Positions 27,425 to 37,764 of a stretch of 37,764 nt of DNA are shown one piece after another. The stretch lies in contig JWZX01003411.1 of the NCBI GenBank assembly GCA_001275005.1, positions 1 to 37,764 on the forward strand. The letters are read 5' to 3'. The notes under the pieces are model-generated. The model was not told the origin of the DNA. It worked only from the letters and a program-made list of their open reading frames with translations, and did not search any database. The stretch's first letter is position 1. Each line of letters starts with the position of its first letter. The stretch comes from Chrysochromulina tobinii (taxonomy: Eukaryota). The translations under genes and the position numbers were made by a program.

Positions 27425-28216
27425 TTGAAGATGCGCAGGGCTTACCTCATCGGCATGCTCGAGCAGCACGAGAAGCGCGATCTCATCGCGGCGAATGAGA
27501 AGCTCAAGGCGAAGGTGAAGGAGCTCGAGGTGTCCGGGCGTGCTTTTGCGCTCAAGACGCCGATGACCTCGATCCTCCTCCCCACATCGGAGCCCAAGAA
27601 GGGCAAGAAGGCTGCATCGCCCAAAGGCGGCAAGAAGTCCGACGAGGAGGACGGCCCGCCATCATCTGCCGCCCCGCCATCTGACACATCGGATGCGGTG
27701 GCGGCGGCGGAGCAGGAGGCGGCGCAGGCGGAGCTCGAGGTCGAGGAGGCGGAGGCGAGGGTGGCGGCGGCGAAGGCGAAGCTGACTCGGGCGAAGGCGA
27801 AGGCGTCAGATACGAAGGCACGGGCGGCACAGAAGATGGCTCTGCAGCCCAAGGTCGTGGACACCTTCGGCCTCAAACCAATGCCTCCGGAGCCCAAGCG
27901 AGCCCCAAGCGCCAAGGAGATTGACCTGACGACGCTGTTGGCCTCAGCTGCAGCGGAGGCCCCCGACATTATGACTGAACGAGACGCGCCGGCGAAAACC
28001 GCGCCGGACACCTTCCGCCCATTCGCGCCTAAGATCAAATTCCCTGTCGGCAGCAGCGTGCTCGTCAAACGCAGCAACGGATCGGAAGACGCCGCCGTTG
28101 TGAAATCATATGAGGAGAAGTCGAAGCTCTACACGCTGGAGCTCGGCAAGGCTGGCTCTGGGAAGGAAAAGAAAACTCATGAGAAGAACATACGTGCCCC
28201 GGATGATCTCGCCTGA
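26867..28216 (+). CDS. Ankyrin-repeat protein, paralogue 2, with an extra C-terminal SH3/Tudor-like beta domain
   Basis: Same MADDAQ... N-terminus as paralogue 1, which fixes the start at ATG 26867; C-terminal FPVGSSVLVKRSNG...YTLEL. Confidence 0.9.
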   Translation: MADDAQALRAAARHGRLDELKACLENGMHVNVTDEDGATPLLMACCYGHTSCVDVLLKANADPNVPGKHGITPVFFACQENHPSCLKLLIARGANLDTPNSQDGGTPLYIACSKNNVECLRMLCEAGADVNKPRVDGSTGLQTAMRKKHKECVKLCIQYGAEIDKGLPPANKTPFQMAMDMVYAGDLKMRRAYLIGMLEQHEKRDLIAANEKLKAKVKELEVSGRAFALKTPMTSILLPTSEPKKGKKAASPKGGKKSDEEDGPPSSAAPPSDTSDAVAAAEQEAAQAELEVEEAEARVAAAKAKLTRAKAKASDTKARAAQKMALQPKVVDTFGLKPMPPEPKRAPSAKEIDLTTLLASAAAEAPDIMTERDAPAKTAPDTFRPFAPKIKFPVGSSVLVKRSNGSEDAAVVKSYEEKSKLYTLELGKAGSGKEKKTHEKNIRAPDDLA

Positions 28217-28759
28217 CGAGAATGAAAAATGCCTTTAGCCACGCATCTCTATGGAAGACAGGGTTCTGAGAGGTAAGGCGGCCGCGCAAAGGCCATAACC
28301 TCGCTCAAGATAGTAAGGCATCAGGGGTGTCCGAGACAGTCAGCAGTCAGTCAGTTACCCGCCATCAGTGTGTATTGCGGTGAATGAAGCTGTGTGCGAC
28401 GTAGCGTGAGAGAGACCAACCACAATTGACCAACCGGCGGGCTGTGGCGCCGGCTGCGCGGCGTATGCGGTCCGACCCGGGCGCGATGTGACCCCCGATG
28501 GCGATGACCGATACCGTATGGGTGATGCTCTACATGTTACATGTCACATAGGAAAGGATTACGTAGAGAGAGACACCGCGGGCGCTGCGGCGCATGCGCG
28601 TCCGACCCGGCGCGTTGTCCGTACATGTGCGATGTGGTGGACGACGGTTTGATTATTTGGTGCAGCTCGAGATACACAGTATGCTACTTTCCTGGAGGCC
28701 CACGCCCCTCCTGCGTTAGGTTCCGAGTGTCCACCGTAACCCCGGCCGATTCAATGGCG

Positions 28760-28825
28760 ATTCACAGTCAATGTGTATAACTCGACACCCAAAACACCGG
28801 ACCGGCGTACATACGTGTGCGGTTA
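28760..28825 (+). repeat. Dispersed 66-nt intergenic element B, copy 1 (inverted copy at 37526-37591)
   Basis: 59/66 ungapped identity by manual alignment; core ACACCGGACCGGCGTACATACG. Confidence 0.9.
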
Positions 28826-28903
28826 CAACTAGCTCGGCGGGGACCCCTAGGGACTATTCTAACCTCTGTGTGTCCGGGTTCATGCGCCGACGAGTCTCCG
28901 CGC

Positions 28904-30175
28904 ATGGCCAAGCCTGCCCGCCCTCCCCGACGACGGCCGCCTGCTCCTTATTACTGGCTGCGGCGTGGAGCATTTGCCTCAATTGCCGCACTGCTCGTCG
29001 CTGGAGCAGCGTACGCTTGGGAGCAACGGCGTGCCGCCGCACAGGCCGAACGTCTAGCTTCGGAAGCGGCACGCCCGCTTGTCGGCGCAGTCTCTCAGAC
29101 CGTCTATGAGCGCGGCCTAGTCGTGCGCAACACGGGCGCAAACTCTGTACTCCGCGAGCACGGTGCCTTCTTTTTTAACGTCACGCGACGATTGTCCAGC
29201 GGTCTCGTCCTCGGGTTTGTGTCGCCGTGGAGCCAGCGAGGCGAGGAGCTCTCTTGGCGCTTCGCGAGCAAGTTCACGCACCTGAGCCCGATGCTGTACG
29301 GCGTCGACGCGAGCGGCCGGCTCACTGCGTTCGAGGACGAAGCGTGGCTCGCCACGCTGCGACAAGGGCTGAGCTGCCCCGCGTGTCCACCTCCCGCGCG
29401 GCTTGTTCCGCTCATCACGCTGGCTGGTGCGGACTTGAGTCTGCTCTTCGGCGCGGACGAGGCGGAGGAGCACGCGGGCGCAGAGCACGCAGGGCGGCTG
29501 CTCGTCGCACTCCTCCATGCCGCCGCCACGCACTCGCTCGACGGCTACGTCCTCGATGCACACACGCATCTCGCATCCGTCCAGAGTGCTCAGGTGCGAG
29601 GCCGTTGCGCGCGCGCTCTTCATCTGTTCGTGCAGCTGCTGGCGGCGAAGCTTTCAGAGCTCGAGAATGCGGCGGAGCTTCTGCTGCTTGTGCCGCCGCA
29701 CCCTGCCCTCTTCAGTCCTGAGCAGTTCGCACAGCTCGCCGTGCCGCTTGGCGGCATCATCGTCTCAACCACGAATTACTCCGCCATCAAGGGGGACCCT
29801 GGGCCGTCGTCGCCCCTCGGCTGGATGAGGGAGGCGCTGGGCGCGCTGCAACCCGACCAGGCGACGACACCCAAGCTGCTTGCCACCCTGCCCATGCTTG
29901 GCTGGGACTTCCCTCTGCCCCGCGGCTCGCCACGCGCACTCGACGCCGCTTCGTATCTTGCATTGCTCGAGGCTCACCGCCCGGCGCGCTTCGAGTGGCT
30001 GCACGAGGCGGCTGAGCATTCGTTCACGTACGAGCTCAACGGGACGCGACACGCGGTCTACTACCCCTCGCTCAAGGGCGTCGCCGAACGCCTCGGCATG
30101 CTCCGCAATCTCGGCGTGGGCGTCGCGCTTTGGGAACTCGGCACCGGCTTGGACTACTTTTTCGACTTACTGTGA
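28904..30175 (+). CDS. CHID1: Chitinase-domain-containing protein 1-like (GH18, probably non-catalytic), N-terminal membrane anchor
   Basis: VLGFVSPW, KFTHLSP, LDGYVLD (no DxDxE), HAVYYPSL and the characteristic C-terminus GVALWELGTGLDYFFDLL. Confidence 0.88.
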   Translation: MAKPARPPRRRPPAPYYWLRRGAFASIAALLVAGAAYAWEQRRAAAQAERLASEAARPLVGAVSQTVYERGLVVRNTGANSVLREHGAFFFNVTRRLSSGLVLGFVSPWSQRGEELSWRFASKFTHLSPMLYGVDASGRLTAFEDEAWLATLRQGLSCPACPPPARLVPLITLAGADLSLLFGADEAEEHAGAEHAGRLLVALLHAAATHSLDGYVLDAHTHLASVQSAQVRGRCARALHLFVQLLAAKLSELENAAELLLLVPPHPALFSPEQFAQLAVPLGGIIVSTTNYSAIKGDPGPSSPLGWMREALGALQPDQATTPKLLATLPMLGWDFPLPRGSPRALDAASYLALLEAHRPARFEWLHEAAEHSFTYELNGTRHAVYYPSLKGVAERLGMLRNLGVGVALWELGTGLDYFFDLL

Positions 30176-30577
30176 CGAGTCACAGCAGAGTCACAGGCGC
30201 ACAGTCCACAGACACAGTGTGTCTGCACTTGAAGAGGCAGCAAGGGGGAGAAGAAGGTTGGGCCTCAGCTCCGGCTTGTTAGTGTGTCACGACATTGTAC
30301 AAGCGTTGCATACATTCGAATGAAAAGATAAAAGTACGATACACGAACCGATAGTTTGCCGTCTTCGGTCTATTGGGAAGAGTCTTGCTGAGGTGTTCCG
30401 TCACTCGACGCTGAACGATGTGGGCAGGGCACCAGACTCGACACGCTGTGAGCCAGGCGGCGCCCGCCCCAATAGAGAGAGTGCCACGCCTCACGATCAC
30501 GCACCGCAGCTCCAAGGGGAGCCTGAGGTGAGCCCCGTCGCTCGCGGCTGACAAGTCGTATACAAGTGTGTCGATGC

Positions 30578-32697
30578 TCAGAGCAGCTCGTTCGAATCGA
30601 ACGCGTGCGAGTGGCGATGCATGGGTGACGAGTGGTGAGAGGAGTGGCGGTGGACGGGGGACGAGGGCACTCGCAGCCGTACGCCGAGGGAATGGGCGTC
30701 ATCGCCCGAGAGTTTCGAAGCCACGTAGCGCGTGAGCGGGTGCTGGATGTTCTGCAAGTACACGCGACACACGGCGGTTACCGGTACAGCGATCACCTGT
30801 GCGCGGGCGCGAGTCGATGGACACGCGCTCAGCACGAGTCAGGGAGCTGTTGAGCTTGGGCGAGAGAGGGGGGAGAGGCACGATCGAGATACGATCGAGG
30901 TCACGAGCAGCCGGCACAAGCGAGAGCCAACTCGTCGCCCAGGGCGCTCTGTATCACTCCGCGTCACGCAGCGCAGTTCTGAGCGCAACGTGGTCCGCGC
31001 ACCATGCCGGTGATGCCCCAGATGCCGCCCCAGAGGAGGGTGGCCAGAAGCATCGCGACGGGCTGCAGCCGCGTGGCACTTCCGATCAAAAGAGGCTCCA
31101 TCACGTCCTTCGCAGCGAGGCCTATCAAGAGGGGCAGCACAAAGGCAAGGAGAGCCTCCATCGGCGTGAAAGCATCATCGAGCACCACGAGCGGCATGGG
31201 CAGGAGGATCGAGATGTACATGCCGATCGCCGGCACGAAGTTGAGAGCAAATGAGAGCAGCCCGAAGACAAGGAAGAGCTCGAGACCGACGTAGAAGAGA
31301 ACAGCCGCGTGAACGCCCGCTACCACAAGGGCGATGATCACCTTGCCTTGGATGTATTTGGACACCTGCGCCTGTGCGGCGCTGTGCATCAGGGCCACGC
31401 CATCCATTCCGGAGGCCTCTCGGTACAAGCTCCTATCCGCGCGCACGGTGTCCACGCTCCTGACCGCGCGGCGCTCGCGCTGCGTGCGCTTCTCCTCGTC
31501 GTCGGGGCCGCGCCGGTCGGCGCCGTGATGGGCACTTGCATGCTTCTCCTCCTCGTCGGGGACGCCGTGGGAGCCGAGCAGCATGAACATGAGGAAGAGG
31601 ACAATGTACACGAGGTCCTTTATGACGTGGACGGCGCTCCCTAGCAAATCGCTGATGAGCGACGACAGGTTGATCTCGTTGAACGCCTCCTTGAACGCCT
31701 GGTAGATTTGCTGGTCGTGGTCGGTGGCGTAGCCGGCCGTGCCATTGGTTGCGACGCCGGCGGTCGCGATGAAGGTGTCATTGAGGAGGCTCGTCGTCGT
31801 GTCACGCAGCGCGCGCCCGACATGGTGCCCGAAGCCCCAAGCTGCCAACGCCGGCGGTGGGAAGCTCGGTGTGAAGCTCGGTGTGAAGCTCAAAGCTGCC
31901 AACGCCGGCGGCGCGCTCGGTGGCGTGAAGATGCCGTTGGCGGCCGCCGTGTCATTGACGGGGAGCTCGCCATCGCTGCCTGTGGCCCAAGTCAGCAAAT
32001 CTGTCGCGTCCTCGGTGACAGAGCTGACGGCCTCAGCCGCCGCATTGTAGGTGCCAGCGACGCTCGCCTTCGCTTCGGCCGTGCGACGTTCGAGCTCCAT
32101 CTGGGCCTCGTCCGAGAGCTCGAAGGCGAGATCGAGGATCTGCGACACGCGCTTGTTGTATTGCTCCGCGTTCTTTGCGAAGACGGCGACGGATTCGGCG
32201 ATCAGGAGCCCGATGTTGAAGACGATGAAGAGGGCAAAGAGCACGGTGATCAGCACCGCGATCCCTCGCGGTATCTTGTACGGCACGCACAGGATGTACC
32301 GCTTCCGATTGAGCCAATCAATCATGGGGAGCAGCAGGTGCGCGATCGCGATCGCGAGGAAAAGCGGCACCAAGATCGAGCGCAGGTAGTAGAGCGCGGC
32401 GAAGATGACGGCTGTCGCGATGACCGCCAGGCACGTGGTGCGTATGTGCTCGTCCACTACCTTCTCGGCCGGATTGAGAGGATCGGTGCCAAACAGCCGC
32501 GTCGGTTCCAAGCTTTCGTCGTGCCAGTCGATCTGCGGCGACTGCTGAAGCTGCCGCTGAAGTTGCTGCCGGAGCTCCTGGAGGTTTTCAACCTCACGTC
32601 GATTGAGCTCCATGATCTGCTGCCTAAGCGCGCTGACCTCTCCCTCGAGGGCCTCGACGGAGGGCCGTCGGTCTAGGCCGCACAGGACGGTGTGCAT
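30578..32697 (-). CDS. AI-2E (PerM/TqsA) family transporter; exons 32697-31003 and 30796-30578
   Basis: ILVPLFLAIAIAHLLLP, SKYIQGK, LSFALNFVPAIG, MEPLLIG, LWGGIWGITGM|VIAVPVT across GT-AG intron 30797-31002. Confidence 0.9.
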
Positions 32698-32882
32698 GTG
32701 CGGCACTCGATCGCCCGCGGGACCCTCAGGGGGCAGAAGCGGTCGTGTTTGCGACTGTATAAGGACGCCCGCTATTCACGAGGCATTGAGAGAAACTCCG
32801 ATGTGCTCGAGGTCGGCTATTCAGATGACATCCTCCTCTCAGACGAAAAGGTCCGCGCCCAGGCCATTCCCTTTTGGCCTCT

Positions 32883-34388
32883 ATGCAGGCAGTGGTTGAC
32901 GCCCACGAAAGTGCAGTTCCAACAACCGCGAGCGTAAGCCGGCAGCCGAGCTGGCTTCCGCGGCAGTGTACGTGCGGTGATGACGACGACGATGACGAGC
33001 TCGGTGACAGCAATGACAGCAAGGACAGCAGTGGCGAGGCTGATGAGTCTGACGACGAAGATGGAGACGTCTTTCTCGCACTTTGTCGGCCAGCCTCTGA
33101 GGATGCCACCGAGGATGAGCCTGCAGACGCCGCCTCGACGGCTGTCTTCGTGCCGGTCTCGCCACCCACGAGTGATGTACCCGCCAGCCCCAGCACTGGC
33201 CTCGGCGCCAACCCGTATGCCCCGGTGTGCATCGTCGAGCTTGCGCAACCTGCCGCCTCATCACAATCCAGGGCCTCATCACGGCCATCATCCAGGCGTG
33301 ATGGCAGCCTCGCCGCTTCTGCTGCCTCATCGGAGCGTCAGCCAACAGGCGCAGTACCGCTCTCGAAGCAGCGTGCACCTGCGCCAGCCTCGACGGTCAG
33401 CGACGGGTACTCGACCCCGACCGAGCCGTATGTGTGCTCGCTGAGCGCCCCCGTGCTCTTCACTGCACCCCACGGTCTCAAGCTCAAGAGAGGCATAGGG
33501 CCGCGGCAGAGCGCCCGCAACCACGCGCGCGAGAGATACACGACGGAGTTAGTGCTGAAGCTCGCTGCATGCTTTGGTAAGGGACGCGCCGGCGTGTCGT
33601 CGCCGCAATCGAATGCCTCGCCGTCCATCGCCTCGTTGATGGTCTGGAATTACAAGACGGCTCCGATTGACGACCCCACGCACGCCGACCCGAACTTTTT
33701 AGATCGACGCTCGCTCTGCCATTCGCCTTGGCATTCTTGCCTCCACGCCTGGAAATCGCTCCATGGTTTCGGCTCCTCGGAGGCGTGCCCACGCCTCTTC
33801 CATGTCGACATTCACGGAAAGAACGACCGGAAGTCCGACATGGACATCGACGTTGGGCTGCAGGCGCTTGAGGAGGAAGGATGTCTGACGGAGGAAGCTG
33901 TCCAAACGCTGCGCACAATACTGGTGACGGAGCTCAGGAGAGCCTTCAAAGGACGCATTGCCGTCTCCTCAAAGGTGAAGAAGCCCTTCCCGATAACAAT
34001 CGAGGCTGACCCGATCTTGAATGGCTATTGGGGGCGTGGCACCGTGATGACCATATCACACCAGGCTGCGCTCCTGGGCATCACCGCCGTGCAACTCGAG
34101 ATTCCTCTCGCCATCCGCCGCCTGCTCATGAAGGACGAGGCGCTCTTCGACGCCTTCGCCTCCGCCATCTACAAGCCGTTCGACAAACTCGTTGCCAAAG
34201 CAGCGCTGCCGCTGCGTGAAGGTTGGGCAACGAGTGCAGAGTTGGGCCGCTACTTGGAGGGCCTAGGTTCTGCTGAAGAGCCGCTCTGCGCGCTGACGCT
34301 GACGCAGCTGGACACGAACGTCATTGACTCGATGCTCTCGGATCTAAGACGCGCGGACACGAGTAATGTGCATGGGAAAACTATCTGA
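32883..34388 (+). CDS. Putative N-formylglutamate amidohydrolase-like metallohydrolase with an acidic/disordered N-terminus
   Basis: PVLFTAPHG, RERYTTEL, HVDIHG and AVQLEI appear in the order seen in this fold. Confidence 0.6.
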   Translation: MQAVVDAHESAVPTTASVSRQPSWLPRQCTCGDDDDDDELGDSNDSKDSSGEADESDDEDGDVFLALCRPASEDATEDEPADAASTAVFVPVSPPTSDVPASPSTGLGANPYAPVCIVELAQPAASSQSRASSRPSSRRDGSLAASAASSERQPTGAVPLSKQRAPAPASTVSDGYSTPTEPYVCSLSAPVLFTAPHGLKLKRGIGPRQSARNHARERYTTELVLKLAACFGKGRAGVSSPQSNASPSIASLMVWNYKTAPIDDPTHADPNFLDRRSLCHSPWHSCLHAWKSLHGFGSSEACPRLFHVDIHGKNDRKSDMDIDVGLQALEEEGCLTEEAVQTLRTILVTELRRAFKGRIAVSSKVKKPFPITIEADPILNGYWGRGTVMTISHQAALLGITAVQLEIPLAIRRLLMKDEALFDAFASAIYKPFDKLVAKAALPLREGWATSAELGRYLEGLGSAEEPLCALTLTQLDTNVIDSMLSDLRRADTSNVHGKTI

Positions 34389-34534
34389 GATACGTTCACG
34401 TGTGGGTATTCCTCGAAGCGTTCGAGAACCGAGCATGCCTCCTTTTTCCAAACTTTCTCATCAACACACAAATAAAGAGCTGGCCAGCTACGTCGCTATT
34501 ATACGTCCCAGGACGGCGAGCCTGTGCGGGTGTA

Positions 34535-36315
34535 TCAGGTCCTCTGCACCGATGGCGCTGCGGCGTCGGCGGGGAAGGTACCATAGCCGTGGAAGAGTCG
34601 CTCGATCTGCTCGAGGGAGCGGCCGGCGGTCTCCGGCATCGTAATGTACAGCCACACGGCGCCGAGCAGTGCCACGCTGCCATAAAGCCAAAAGGCGGCC
34701 GGTGAGCCGACCGCCGTTTGGAGCGAGAGGAAGGTGGCCGCCACGATAAAGTTCGTGACCCAGTTGGCCGTGGTCCCGAGGGCGACGCACGTGGCACGCA
34801 CGCGCATCGGATAGAGCTCGGCGTTCAGGGCCCACGGGATCGGCGACATGCCAATGCCAAAGGCGAGTAGGTACAGGACCAGGCCGCCGAGCGTCAGCGC
34901 GCTCTTGAGCTCACAGAGCTTCGAGGGCGGCGGCGGCGGCGGAGCCCAGGGCGGCAGCGGCGGCGTGAACGGCGATGGCGGCGCGTCGGGCGGCGGCGGC
35001 GGCGAGGCCACCGGGCAATGCTCGTCGCTCAGCACGAAGGCGTATCCTTCGAGAGCCAGAGCAAGGGCGACACAGAGGAGGGACGTGAGCACTAGAGGGC
35101 GTCGGCCGACACAGTCGATGAGGCTGCCACCGATGAGGCAACCGACGAGCTGGGACGTTGCCACTGGCACGGCGAGCCAGATGACGGCCGAGCCACTCGC
35201 CACGTGGGCCTCCATCAGGATGGTGACGGAATAGTACATGACGGTGTTGATGCCGACGAGTTGCTGGAGCATCAGGAGCCCAACGCCCAGTCGAAGCTGA
35301 CGGCGTACAGTCCATAACTCGGACCAGCTTACTGGGCCGCTGCCCTCGCTGCTGCCCTCGCCGCCGCCAGCGATTTCGTACCCGGCACCGGCACCGTTCA
35401 GGCCAGTGGGTGGCGGCACGCTGCCCATCGCAGTGCGGGTGGAAGAGGCGGGCAGCAGCGGCGGCGGCGGCCGACGGCGCGGCTGGATTCCCTCCGCCTC
35501 GAGCGCTGCAATCACCTCCGCCACCTCCGCCTCGACGGCATCGTCAACGTCGTGCGAGTCCGCCCTCAGCCGTCGCAGCACCTGACGAGCTTCCTGTTCA
35601 CGCCCACGGGAGAGCAGCCATCGCGGCGACTCTGGTAAGAAGTATAAGCCGACGAGCTGGATGGCAGACGGCACGCCGCCGAGACCGAGCATCAGTCGCC
35701 AGCCGTGGACCTTGTCGCCGCTCAGTAGTCCGGCCACGATCGCCGCACCCACCTGCGCGCACGCACGTCCATGTCAGGGGACGTGAGCGCGGGTGGTGGT
35801 CTTGGGCAGCGGCAGCGTGGGCGGCGGCGGCGGCGCACCTGCCCTATGACGACGCAGCTGTTGTTGAGAGCGACGAGGAAGCCGCGGAGGCGCGGAGGTG
35901 CGAGCTCGGCGAGAAAGAGTGGCACCGTCGAGGACGCAAGGCCCACCGCCACGCCTACCGTCATCCTACCGACCAGCAACCAGTTGAAGTTCACCGCAAA
36001 GGCCATCACGAGCGCGCCCGCAGTGAAGATGATCGCCGAAGCGACGAGCACGGGCTTGCGCCCGAAGATGCGGTTGGCGCTGCCGCTGGCGAACGCGCCG
36101 ACGGCCGCCAAGCCCGTTGTCGACGACACGATCATTTCGTGCGCCACGTCATCCAGCTCCCACTCCTCCCTGATGAGCACCATCGCGCCGCTCACGACAC
36201 CGGTGTCGTAGCCGAACAAGAAGCCACCTATACACGAAACTGCCGTGAGCGTGTAGAGGTAGCAGCCTCCAATCCCCGAGTTGATCAGAGGTTGGTGAGC
36301 CTTATCATCTACCAT
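34535..36315 (-). CDS. MFS sugar porter (H+/myo-inositol or polyol transporter-like); exons 36315-35839 and 35752-34535
   Basis: GGFLFGYDTGVVSGA, FGRKP, LAELAPPRLRG, LPESPRWL, QQLVGINTVMYY, PWALNAELYP, MPETAGRSLEQI; GT-AG intron 35753-35838. Confidence 0.95.
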
Positions 36316-36392
36316 CCCTGTCGCCGAGGAGTTGACCGCGATATCGATTCTGCTTCCCGGCGTTTTCCAAACCTTTCTCGTTTCCCCACAGA

Positions 36393-36430
36393 AGTTCAGT
36401 TCAGTTCAGTTCAGTTCATTTCAGTTCAGT
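36393..36430. repeat. (GTTCA)n pentanucleotide microsatellite upstream of the sugar porter
   Basis: AGTTCAGTTCAGTTCAGTTCAGTTCATTTCAGTTCAGT. Confidence 0.85.
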
Positions 36431-36487
36431 CCCCACAGAAGAGCGGGGGCCCTGCCGCGAGCTGCGGCCCCAGGAGGCGCTCCACTA

Positions 36488-36568
36488 CGTTCACGATATT
36501 TTGTCATCTCGGCAAGACGCACACACCCGCCGGTCCCGTGGAGACACACCGTGTCGGAGGCGCAGACA
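36488..36568. repeat. Dispersed element A, copy 2
   Basis: Matches 5155-5230 in direct orientation. Confidence 0.85.
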
Positions 36569-36820
36569 TGAGGCGCTCGCCTTGATGAGGGACTTAACTT
36601 TGCGCCTTACGCCTGTGCGATTTCGAGCGTTCCTCATGTTTATTTCCCGCGGGGCTGCTCTGGCCGCCGACGGCCCTTGCCAGCGAGCAGCGACAGCGTC
36701 GACCTCCATCGGGCGCTCCGCCATTGGAACAGACTTGACTTGATTTGACTTGACAGACCGATCCGGTCTTCAAACTACAGTATTGAAGCACTCCACTAGC
36801 TTCCAGCCTTCCACAGCCTG

Positions 36821-36896
36821 CTCGACTTTTACTCAGGCAAGGCCACTTCGCATCTCTCCTTGCGTTTGCGCGGTCGAACCTTCATGCAAAACTGAG
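36821..36896 (-). promoter_or_regulatory. Candidate SECIS element (type II-like) in the selenoprotein 3' UTR
   Basis: Sense strand: UUUUGC-AUGAA-GGUUCGACCGCGC-AAA-CGCA(aggagaga)UGCG-AAGUGGCCUUGCC-UGAG-UAAAA. It has an AUGA/GA core, AAA 13 nt above the core and an apical mini-stem; helix II is imperfect. Confidence 0.65.
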
Positions 36897-36954
36897 CACG
36901 CAGTGTGGAGCAAGCACCTCCGCAAGCCATGTCTTTCTCCCTCCTACGATTCTC

Positions 36955-37464
36955 TTATGTGCCCTGGGCAGTTTTGGCTGCTTTGAGGATGACGTCATCA
37001 ATGTCGAGCGCCTTGAGCGCAGGGAACGGGCGCGCCTCTGGGCCAGTCGTCACAACCACCACGCTGCCCACGCGCACCTCAAACACACCTTTTCGTGGCT
37101 TGTCCGCATTGATAGCAACCTGCACGTCTCCACCTCCACCACCGAGCATACTTTCCAGACCGCTTGCGATCTTTTTCGCCCGCGTCTTGAAGGCCGATCA
37201 TTGCGTGCACGCTTCGATCCCAATGAGAGGGAATGCCCTACCTTCTGAAACACTAGCAGCATCGGCGGGGCAGGCGGTGGCAGAGAGCCGCTCGATAAGC
37301 TCCGCTTTGCGGCCCGACACGGGCAAGCCAGCTGTGCGCAATTTGTCCTTGAGCTGTACGACCGTCAACATTGACAGGTCGCCTTCAGCACCAGCGACCA
37401 TCCGGGCCAAAGGCTGATTCAGCGCCGCGGCCGACAAGTAGCCAACGAGTAAAGTTAGACGCAT
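36955..37464 (-). CDS. Selenoprotein H-like (Rdx family, CxxU) protein with a signal peptide and SAP domain; UGA at 37198-37200 read as Sec (169 aa)
   Basis: ORFs 37198-37464 and 36955-37149 share a frame: IEACTQ-UGA-SAFKTRAKKIASGLESML...INADKPRKGVFEV...RPFPALK. SAP motif LTVVQLKDKLRTAGLPVSGRKAELIERL. Confidence 0.88.
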
Positions 37465-37525
37465 GAAAGGAGTGCTTTCGCTCGATCGACCGGGCGTTCG
37501 CGGACTTCTAAGTGTGAATTAGTGT

Positions 37526-37591
37526 TAACCGCATCCGTATGTACGCCGGTCCGGTGTCTTGGGTGTCGAATTCTAAACATTGGCTGTGAAT
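37526..37591 (-). repeat. Dispersed element B, copy 2
   Basis: Reverse complement of 28760-28825 at 59/66 identity. Confidence 0.9.
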
Positions 37592-37764
37592 TGGTCGTTT
37601 GGACATTCTTCCGGTGCTGTGAATAGGCATGAACTCTAGAAGGAAATTAACGAAGGAAGTGCCTTATATAAGCCACCTCACTCAGTTTGTAATCAGGGTA
37701 TGAGGAAGGGGTGCAAATCCAGATATTAATCCCTCCCCTACCCCCTTGGGTAAATCACTCAGTT

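Noticed and set aside
28760..37591. An 8.8-kb transposon bounded by the inverted element B copies
   Set aside because: No transposase, no visible target duplication, and the enclosed genes are ordinary cellular genes.

Overview
GC-rich, gene-dense eukaryotic DNA with spliceosomal introns. The repeat-rich introns, a bipartite plastid-targeting leader and a selenoprotein suggest a haptophyte-like alga (inference). About 17 genes, in order: WW-TRPM-like channel (3'-truncated by the window edge), telobox Myb protein, Trp-repeat coiled-coil EF-hand protein, second EF-hand protein, PDZ pseudogene fragment, AsaB/CmcJ-like oxygenase, extended SDR, intact PDZ gene, TPT-family transporter, dapA, BART protein, two head-to-head ankyrin paralogues, CHID1-like GH18, AI-2E transporter, formylglutamate-amidohydrolase-like protein, sugar porter, and a SAP-SelH-like selenoprotein. 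Three observations stand out. (1) Several introns consist of a copy of the start of the next exon, short tandem repeats and an identical 19-nt acceptor cassette TGATTGCCTCCCTCATCAG, which looks like an active intron-generating process. (2) DHDPS has a degenerate lysine-feedback site and is fused, across a GC-AG intron, to the LKR/SDH linker domain. (3) An in-frame UGA in a CxxU motif with a candidate SECIS joins a signal peptide and SAP domain to a SelH-like domain. All family calls come from motif recognition by eye; no searches were run.
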